Both the position numbers and the translations under genes were made by a program. DNA of 64,000 nucleotides, taken from IMG/VR virus record IMGVR_UViG_3300028883_000045. One strand, written 5' to 3'. Source of the DNA: an uncultured virus (IMG/VR IMGVR_UViG_3300028883_000045) (Duplodnaviria; Heunggongvirae; Uroviricota; Caudoviricetes). The notes beneath the pieces are model-generated. The model made no database searches and was not told the DNA's origin. It saw only the letters and a program-made list of their open reading frames with translations. Numbering within the stretch: position 1 is the first letter of the stretch; the number at the start of each line of letters is the position of its first letter. Below, in pieces: positions 57,667 to 64,000 of the stretch.

Positions 57667-58506
57667 TTAAAAGGGGATTTCCTCCTCGTCGGCCTTGGGC
57701 TGGGGCTGGGCTGCCGGCCGGTTCGCAGCGGGCTGCGAGCTGGTCTGGACGTGGCTGTAATCCTCCTGCTGCGCGAAGCCCTTGGAGTACTGCGAGATGA
57801 GCTCCTTGAGCTTGAGCTGGTCCTCGCGCGGCAGGCGCTGGCGGGGATCGGCCTTCATGATCAGCCTGCTGTAGACCTCCTTGGGGTTCTTGGCGATCTT
57901 CTCGAGGCTGAAGTGCGTGATCACGGTCTGGTACGGAATGCCCTTGCCCGTGAGGTCCGTGAAGAACGCATCCTTCTCGCCGAGGCTGGTGGGCGGCATG
58001 CTCATGCGATACGGGACGGCCGACATCATGTCGCCCTCGATGGCCAGCACGAACAGCGTGTGGCCCTCCTTGCAGGCCTTGCCGCGGCCCCCCTTCAGGT
58101 CCGAACCCCAGGCGTTCATCGGGCAGGCGTCGCAGAAGAGCGCCTGTCCGTAGCGCTTCTCGCACTCGCGGCGCATCTGGGGCGGCATCGGGCACTTCTC
58201 GGGATAGTCGGGGGATGCCCAGTAGCCGTTGTCGCTCTTGCAGTCGGGGCGGTTCCCGGTCGCATCGGGGTTTTCCCAGTAGGCGCGGTTCCCGTGGTGA
58301 TGCAGGATCACGCCCCGGAAGTTCTGGACCGGCAGGTCCCCCGGGAACATGAAGATGCCGTCCTTGCTCATCTTCACGTCGGGAATCTTGGCGGTGACCC
58401 CCTCCATGTTCTCGGTCACGGCGAACACCTCGTCCTCGGACGTGGCGCCGAAGTTGGTGATCAGTTCGGGCAGCAGGCTCTCGTACTTCTGGATTTCGTT
58501 CGTCAC
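57667..58506 (-). CDS. Putative ssDNA-binding protein
   Basis: Replication cluster; acidic tail DEEEIPF; CDACP.N.WGS...GKAC motif. Confidence 0.65.
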   Translation of the reverse strand: MTNEIQKYESLLPELITNFGATSEDEVFAVTENMEGVTAKIPDVKMSKDGIFMFPGDLPVQNFRGVILHHHGNRAYWENPDATGNRPDCKSDNGYWASPDYPEKCPMPPQMRRECEKRYGQALFCDACPMNAWGSDLKGGRGKACKEGHTLFVLAIEGDMMSAVPYRMSMPPTSLGEKDAFFTDLTGKGIPYQTVITHFSLEKIAKNPKEVYSRLIMKADPRQRLPREDQLKLKELISQYSKGFAQQEDYSHVQTSSQPAANRPAAQPQPKADEEEIPF

Positions 58507-58808
58507 TTCGCGTTCTCCTTTTTCTTCGTGCTTTTAAGGATGTTTGCCAGTTCGTCGAACGGCTCGACGATCCTGGCGATCAGGTCCTCGACGGGGATTC
58601 CTACCGTGTCGGCGTAGGTGCAGAGCACCCGCACCGTCACCGAGTTGTACTTCCCGCGCTCGATGCGCGCGAGAAATTCGGCGTCGTAGCCGGCCAGTTC
58701 GCAGAACGTCACGGGGTCGAGGCCCGCCGCTTCCCGTAGGCGGGCCAGTGCGGCTCCCACGTGCTCCTGAGCCTCAGTAACGTTCACCGAGCGGCGCCCC
58801 TTTCGCAT
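58503..58808 (-). CDS. XRE-family HTH protein
   Basis: L.RLREAAGL.....ELAG.....LARIERG. Confidence 0.75.
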   Translation of the reverse strand: MRKGRRSVNVTEAQEHVGAALARLREAAGLDPVTFCELAGYDAEFLARIERGKYNSVTVRVLCTYADTVGIPVEDLIARIVEPFDELANILKSTKKKENAK

Positions 58809-59121
58809 CGACCAGGGGGGTAATGCGCGAGCTGGGGTTCTCCGGCAGGGGCTTTGACTTGGGTTCCGGCCGGTCGATGTTCCCCGAGAGCAGCCGGTCG
58901 CCGACCTCCCGGACCATGTTCTTGCGGCACGTCATGCAGAGGTCCAGGGGTTTCTGGTGAGTGCCGTGGTCCAGCATCGGGATCAGGTTGACCCGGGAGA
59001 ACACGCACATCCCGGGCCGGTGACCCTTGATGCGTATCGAGAGAAAAACGTCCCTTGTGATGCGGCTGTCCAGGTCGTTGAGGTAGAAGTCGCCGCAGAC
59101 GTCGCACTGCCTAGCCTCCAT
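58774..59121 (-). CDS. Zn-finger hypothetical protein
   Basis: CDVCG...DLCMTC. Confidence 0.55.
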   Translation of the reverse strand: MEARQCDVCGDFYLNDLDSRITRDVFLSIRIKGHRPGMCVFSRVNLIPMLDHGTHQKPLDLCMTCRKNMVREVGDRLLSGNIDRPEPKSKPLPENPSSRITPLVDAKGAPLGERY

Positions 59122-59581
59122 CGTCGCCCTCCTTTCTCGAAATCACATTCTTGTTGCGGACCTGCACCCCGACCTTCTCGAAGCGGCGCAGGTACCCGGG
59201 CAGCTCCTGTTCGTTGGCGGACCGGTCCTTGAGGATCTTCTTTATGGTCTGGGCCGGGATGCGGGCAAGCGACCAGTAGCCCTTGTCCTTGAGCCAGCCC
59301 TCGAACTCTTCGCCGTGCTCGCTCGGGCAGCTCAGGTACCGTTCTACGGTCCGCATGACCATGAGCCCGTCCTCGAACTTCACGCTGCTCTGCCCGAGCT
59401 CGGAGAGCTTGCGCGCGAGGTTCTGGGCGACCTCGTCCTTCTGTCGCTTGTAGCCCTTGCTTTTCTTGTCAGCCTCCTGGGCCTTGCGTTCGAGGCGCAC
59501 GATCTCCTCGACGAGGCCCCGGAGCATGACCTGTATCCCCGGGTTCTGGGGTTGCTCCAGCTCGAAAACCTCTTCAGTCAC
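59111..59581 (-). CDS. Coiled-coil phage replication/recombination-cluster protein
   Basis: N-terminal coiled coil; typical neighbour of SSB and VRR-NUC. Confidence 0.55.
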   Translation of the reverse strand: MTEEVFELEQPQNPGIQVMLRGLVEEIVRLERKAQEADKKSKGYKRQKDEVAQNLARKLSELGQSSVKFEDGLMVMRTVERYLSCPSEHGEEFEGWLKDKGYWSLARIPAQTIKKILKDRSANEQELPGYLRRFEKVGVQVRNKNVISRKEGDDGG

Positions 59582-59855
59582 CTTCCACCACCTTTCGCAC
59601 GTCGTTCACGCTTCGGGCTATCAAGTAAACGCCTCCTTTCTGTTCGATCTTTCGTTTCCAGTGCAGCTGCAGTTTGGACGACTTGCCGTTGGGGGCCTTG
59701 ACCTCGATGCCCATGAACCGGCCGCCCCTCAGGCACGCCACCAGGTCCGGCGCTCCGCGCCGGCCGTAGACGCTCGCGGGGATCGGGAACCACGGGATCC
59801 CCTTCCGCGTCAGGTACTGGGTGATTCCGCTTCTAACGCTTCTTTCGCTGACCAC
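59574..59855 (-). CDS. VRR-NUC nuclease
   Basis: G.PDL......F.GIEVK...GK.S.LQ. Confidence 0.85.
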   Translation of the reverse strand: MVSERSVRSGITQYLTRKGIPWFPIPASVYGRRGAPDLVACLRGGRFMGIEVKAPNGKSSKLQLHWKRKIEQKGGVYLIARSVNDVRKVVEGD

Positions 59856-59995
59856 GGGCGTACTCGTTCTGGCACTTCTTGCACCAGCTGCTCCAGGCAT
59901 TGCGCGCCCGGTTCCAGACAAAACATGCCAGGTCGTGAACCTCGTCGCAGCGCGAGCACCGTTTGGTCCCTTGTGAGGTCTTGGGCTTCCGGCCT

Positions 59996-61396
59996 CTACG
60001 TCGCGGTCTTGAGGTATTCGAGGGCCGCATGAGACATGGTTTCCTTTCGGTTAAGAGCCCGGTAGATAGTTTCGTCGATGCTGTTTTCGGCCAGCAGGGA
60101 GACATAGGTACACTTGTTCGTGGTGCCGATCCGGTGGATCCGGTCCTGACTCTGCTTCCAGTGCTCCAGGTTGTAGCTGAGCGAGTAGTAGACGCAGTAG
60201 GAACAGTTGGTCCAGGTCACCCCGTGCGCGATGGTCGCGGGGTGGGCCACCACGTACTGGACCTCCCCCTGCGAGAACTTCCTGATGTTCTCCTGCAGCT
60301 CCTTCGGGTTCATCCCGCCGATGATCTTGAGGGCTCCGAGCCGGTGGGCCAGCTGCTGCGCGTCGTGCCGGAACTGGACCCAGATGATCGCCTGCTGGTT
60401 GCCGATCTCCTCGAGGACTTCGTCCAGCAGCTCAGCCTTGCTCTGGTCGAAAACGTAATGGTTCTTGAGGGTGTCGTAGGTCCACCCGGAGGTCAATTGC
60501 CGGAGCTTCATGATTTCCGCCAGGGTGTTCGACCCGATCGCCTCGCGGTCCTCGACGAGCGGCAGGATCTTGTCCTTGACCATCGTGTCATAGGCATCCC
60601 GCAGGGGCTTGGGCATTACGTACTTGCGGGTCACGAAGACCTTCTCCGGCAGGTCGAGGCAGTCCTTCTTGGCCAGGAACGTGGCGTGAGGCTTGACGAG
60701 GTTCATGATCTCTTCTTCGGCCCCCGCGCGCGGGCGGTAGTCGAACTTGTGTCCCTGCCGGTTCTGGCCGTGGGCGATGAACCACCGGCCGCGGTACTGC
60801 CAGAAGTCCACCCCCAGGATCCCCGGCTTCACTACGTCCACCTGGTTGAACAGGTCCAGGTAGCCGTTCGGCATCACGGTGCCGCTCATGGGGTAGACGT
60901 ACGGGATGGAGCGCGCGAACTTCACGATCACGCGCGCGGTTTTCACCTGGTTCTTGATCCGGGTGGACTCGTCCAGGATCAGGTTGTCGAAGTCCTGCTC
61001 ATTCAGCCACCTCTCGATCAGCTTGAAGCTCTCGTAGTTGATGAGACAGACGTCCGCGTCCGCGGCCGCCTCGCACTTCTTCCTGCGCGCAGCCGCGTTG
61101 CGGCCCCACAAGTTGGAGACCTTGAGCTCCGGGCAGAACTTCTGCGCGTCGGACATCCAGGCCGCCTCCAGAAGAGGCAGCGGCGCGACCACCAGCGTCT
61201 TTCCGGAGCGCGTGGGGTTGGCTGCCCGGCGCTCGGCGATGGCCAGGCCCGCATAGGTCTTGCCTGTCCCGCACTCGGCCCCGACCAGATGGCTCGCGGG
61301 GAGCATCCGGTCGAACAGGACCTTCTGGTGCTGGTACGGGGGGAACTTCAAGCTTACCCGCCTGCCTTCGGCACCGGCAGCTTGCCGGCCCCCCAC
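59996..61396 (-). CDS. SNF2-family helicase
   Basis: GTGKT, LILDES, MSGT, KLRQL, Q..DRIHRIG; true start probably slightly downstream. Confidence 0.9.
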   Translation of the reverse strand: MGGRQAAGAEGRRVSLKFPPYQHQKVLFDRMLPASHLVGAECGTGKTYAGLAIAERRAANPTRSGKTLVVAPLPLLEAAWMSDAQKFCPELKVSNLWGRNAAARRKKCEAAADADVCLINYESFKLIERWLNEQDFDNLILDESTRIKNQVKTARVIVKFARSIPYVYPMSGTVMPNGYLDLFNQVDVVKPGILGVDFWQYRGRWFIAHGQNRQGHKFDYRPRAGAEEEIMNLVKPHATFLAKKDCLDLPEKVFVTRKYVMPKPLRDAYDTMVKDKILPLVEDREAIGSNTLAEIMKLRQLTSGWTYDTLKNHYVFDQSKAELLDEVLEEIGNQQAIIWVQFRHDAQQLAHRLGALKIIGGMNPKELQENIRKFSQGEVQYVVAHPATIAHGVTWTNCSYCVYYSLSYNLEHWKQSQDRIHRIGTTNKCTYVSLLAENSIDETIYRALNRKETMSHAALEYLKTAT

Positions 61397-61950
61397 ATGG
61401 CGGTGATCTTCTCGACCTCGATCACCACGAGGTCCACGCCGGCCGGCGTCTTGGCTTCCGGCCGGTAGTCGCCGATGAAGTCCACCTGACCGTCGACCTC
61501 GAGGTCCAGGATCACCGATTCCTGACTCAGGATGACCGCCAGCGCGCCGCAGAGGACCCGCATGTTGAACCCGAAGTCATCTTCGAACCACTCCGGATAG
61601 TTGCCCTCGGGGAAGACCACCACCTGCACCGATTTCTCGAGGCCGTGGTACCGGTCTCCCTCCCAGTCCGTGAAGAACCCCTGCTGCGCGATGAAGTTGG
61701 CCCCGCCCGGGTGCCCGTGCTTCAGCTGGTAGGTGCGAATCGCGGAGACCGCATCGATCACCTCGCGCATCGTTACCGGTTCGCCCTTGCTCCCGAAAGC
61801 GTTGTCGATGCCCCTCGTGAGCCCGACCCAGAGCCGGGCCCACGAGCGGCGGTTGCTCCACTTGTTGAGCTTGCCGGGGTTAGAGCACCATCCGGTGCCA
61901 GAGGCCTTCCAGGTGTTGCCTTCGACTTCGTAGTCCAGCGGGAAATGCAT
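61354..61950 (-). CDS. Hypothetical protein with an NP motif near the N-terminus
   Basis: AGGAG RBS; WCSNPG. Confidence 0.55.
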   Translation of the reverse strand: MHFPLDYEVEGNTWKASGTGWCSNPGKLNKWSNRRSWARLWVGLTRGIDNAFGSKGEPVTMREVIDAVSAIRTYQLKHGHPGGANFIAQQGFFTDWEGDRYHGLEKSVQVVVFPEGNYPEWFEDDFGFNMRVLCGALAVILSQESVILDLEVDGQVDFIGDYRPEAKTPAGVDLVVIEVEKITAMWGAGKLPVPKAGG

Positions 61951-61955
61951 GTTGT

Positions 61956-62453
61956 CTATCTCCTGACAGCGGCCAGTATCGCGGGGGTGTCCAGGTAGGT
62001 GAACTTCACCTGCCCCAGCGAGCCGTTCACCCGGTCGGCGCGGAACTTGAGACCGTGGGTGAGTTCGGCGGTGAACTCCCGGGGGTGCTTCTTGATCAGC
62101 GCTTCGAGCTCTTCATCGGAAACAGCGAGGGCCTCGGTCTTCCCGGGCAGGCAGACGCACTTCCGGCTCGGGGCGTTCGGGATCGGGGTTCCGTGCGTCC
62201 AGGAGACCAGCAGCTTCATCCAGTCCCTGTTCCAGTTCTCGCAGAGCCGGCCCAGCTCGGCCGCGTCTGCCGACCACAGGGTGACGGACATGGTGGGCCT
62301 GCTCATGACGGTGATCCCGCCAACCTGGCAGATGACCTTCAGGTTTCCGTGCAGGGTGCTCAGGCAGTATCCGTCCAGCAGGGTCCTGCGCTCTACGTGA
62401 ACGCTCGAGAGGGGGACCTCTCGGTCGTACAGGCGCCGGTAGGGGTCATTCAC
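61956..62453 (-). CDS. Hypothetical protein
   Basis: GGAGG RBS; GTGA overlap. Confidence 0.5.
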   Translation of the reverse strand: MNDPYRRLYDREVPLSSVHVERRTLLDGYCLSTLHGNLKVICQVGGITVMSRPTMSVTLWSADAAELGRLCENWNRDWMKLLVSWTHGTPIPNAPSRKCVCLPGKTEALAVSDEELEALIKKHPREFTAELTHGLKFRADRVNGSLGQVKFTYLDTPAILAAVRR

Positions 62454-62665
62454 GTGTCACCTCCCTTGTGATAGCTTACGGTGAACTTGCCGTTCTGTTT
62501 GTTGTACCTGACGATCTTGCTGATTTGCGCGCCGTCGATGTCGACGCACATCCGGACGATCTTCCCGGGTTTGTTCTTGAGGCCCTCCCGAAGCGCCATT
62601 TTTAGAGACTGCATCACGGTCATGATCGATTTTGCGATCAGCCGCTCCCGTTCCTCAGGCGACAT
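62450..62665 (-). CDS. Hypothetical protein
   Basis: Operon packing. Confidence 0.5.
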   Translation of the reverse strand: MSPEERERLIAKSIMTVMQSLKMALREGLKNKPGKIVRMCVDIDGAQISKIVRYNKQNGKFTVSYHKGGDT

Positions 62666-63329
62666 CCACCGTTACTTTCGTGCTGAACGCTCGCGCGAGC
62701 TCTCGCGCCCGATCCCCGGACCACTTCTCGAACATCTTCGAGCCCAGAACCTGGGCGTCGAGCATGCTGTTCCAGTTGACCACCCGCAGCGTGTTGTCGC
62801 GAAGGCTCACGATCAGCCCGAGAGCGCGGCGCAGGTAGATCCAGTTCTCCAGCGCGTCCAGGTCGCCTTCCTCTATCGGGTCGTGGAAGATGAAGGTCGC
62901 GATCTGGAGCGGCGGGTTGCGCTGGAAGACCTCGCCGCGCAGCAGCGCGTCCACGGACATGACCTCTTCCAGGTTGCGCCGGTGATCGATCACGCGGATG
63001 CGTTCCCCGCGGTCGGCAAGGCCGGTGCTCCTTATGGCCTCGTCGATGCGGAAGAGCGCATCGTCGGTCATGCGCCACACGTCGAAGGTCGGCGACATGC
63101 CCGGCGCCCTTCGGAACCGGATCCAGCCGCGAACCAGCGCGCGCTTGATCAGGCGCTCCCGGTTCATTGCTGGGCCCTTCGGGCCGGCGGCCCGCTCTTC
63201 GGGCGTGAACATGATGTCCTCGATGGTCAGCCCGAACACGTCGGGGTGCTTCTTCATGTAGTTCAGGTGCTCGTAGATCTCGATGGCCTCGCCCGTTGGC
63301 GACAGCCAGTATCCGGTTCCCTGGGGCAC
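62655..63329 (-). CDS. GYW..P.G-domain protein with QRNP linker
   Basis: N-terminal domain resembles the N-terminus of 25494-26453; AGGAGG RBS. Confidence 0.6.
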   Translation of the reverse strand: MPQGTGYWLSPTGEAIEIYEHLNYMKKHPDVFGLTIEDIMFTPEERAAGPKGPAMNRERLIKRALVRGWIRFRRAPGMSPTFDVWRMTDDALFRIDEAIRSTGLADRGERIRVIDHRRNLEEVMSVDALLRGEVFQRNPPLQIATFIFHDPIEEGDLDALENWIYLRRALGLIVSLRDNTLRVVNWNSMLDAQVLGSKMFEKWSGDRARELARAFSTKVTVDVA

Positions 63330-63591
63330 TTGGGACCTCCTTTCGGCGGGGTCGTATTGTACCTCCGCAGAAGTCAGAATTCAAGAATTCTGCAGGCGTT
63401 TCTCGGCCTTGGCCCACTGTGCCTGGGCGTGGCGAACCTCCAGCTCGAGTTCCTGTATCCGGCGGCACGCCGGAGAGCGTTCTCTCCGGTAGACCGATCC
63501 GCACTCGAAACCCTTCTTGCCCAGGGGCAGTTTGACCTCGGGCATTCCGCAGTAGGGGCAGTTCATCGCAGGATCTCCTTTCAAGGGTTGG

Positions 63592-63832
63592 TGGAGGGCA
63601 ACACAATTATGGGCTTCATTGATATCCCGGCCCTCCAGAAAAGCTGAAGGGGGCACAGCGGTCCTGGGCTTCAGTGTATCTATGGCCCCCTTCTCAAAAT
63701 CAACGGGATGGGCAACGCACTCTTGGGCTTCATCGGTGTTCTGGCCCACCCCAAAAACATCTCCCTCAAGACGCGGCTTCGGAGGAACGAGCAGGGATCC
63801 CTTGGTGCTCACAGTAGTCTTGGCTCTTCCTC
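63592..63832 (-). ncRNA. TIGR-like stem-loop guide RNA array, 4 units
   Basis: Each unit is stem-C(A/G)-9 nt variable-TGA(AGC/GCA)CCA-9 nt variable-T-stem; units at 63782-63832, 63705-63752, 63646-63693, 63592-63637. Confidence 0.8.
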
Positions 63833-64000
63833 GCTTCCACCCACAGTTCTCTCAGGAGCCTCTTGGCCACGTAACGGTGCGCCCGCTTGTGGGCGTGGCC
63901 GTTTGTGATCTCCGGGTTCTTTTCCTTCTCGTAGGCCTTGCGTTCATCGTACAAAGCCTTGTACTCCGGATTGCCGCATCGGAGAGCTCCGACGTCCACA
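63766..64000 (-). CDS. C-terminus of a Nop-domain/IS110-related protein (Tas-like); 5' end outside the window
   Basis: Y...YD.RKAYE.......GHAHKRAHRYVAKRLLRELW resembles the C-terminal helices of IS110/Nop-domain proteins; array overlaps its 3' end. Confidence 0.65.
   Translation of the reverse strand, partial: VDVGALRCGNPEYKALYDERKAYEKEKNPEITNGHAHKRAHRYVAKRLLRELWVEARKSQDYCEHQGIPARSSEAAS

Noticed and set aside
63381..63812. 143-aa ORF spanning the array
   Set aside because: Most of it reads through the RNA array; only the distal part (MNCPYCG..., after an AAGGAG RBS near 63575) looks like a real small gene.
63592..63832. CRISPR array
   Set aside because: Variable segments are only 9 nt, there are two per unit, and no cas genes are visible; the layout fits a TIGR-like array.
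63766..64000. Ordinary IS110 insertion sequence
   Set aside because: Only the C-terminus is visible and the adjacent multi-unit spacer array favours a Tas-like protein; it cannot be fully excluded.
1..64000. tRNA/rRNA genes, terminase, portal, tape measure, packaging ATPase, DNA polymerase
   Set aside because: None recognised by eye; they could lie outside the window or be too divergent.

Overview
The window looks like most of the genome of a high-GC, probably tailless, membrane-containing dsDNA bacterial virus or provirus (Varidnaviria-like; inferred, since no terminase, portal, tape-measure or packaging ATPase is recognisable). Two arms converge at a bidirectional hairpin near 31.27 kb. 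The + arm (1-31260) encodes many small single-TM proteins, basic polyproteins punctuated by an (R/K)xNP motif, an Arg/Lys-rich core-like protein, two putative jelly-roll capsid proteins, Asp-box and beta-helix spike proteins, a lysis-like cluster, NP-tagged enzymes (kinase, JAB/RadC) and two Maf/DUF115 transferases. The - arm (31291-64000) encodes a divergent capsid paralog, nonulosonic-acid pathway and tailoring enzymes, SurE, GroES-like, a tyrosine recombinase, a PAPS-reductase-family protein, HU/IHF, six paralogous Ser-Trp/Arg/Gly repeat peptides with a conserved leader, an iteron-rich origin, primase-helicase, SSB-like, VRR-NUC and SNF2. At the right edge is a truncated Nop/IS110-like gene overlapped by a four-unit dual-9-nt-spacer stem-loop array (TIGR-Tas-like). 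All protein calls come from motif recognition by eye; no database searches were run.
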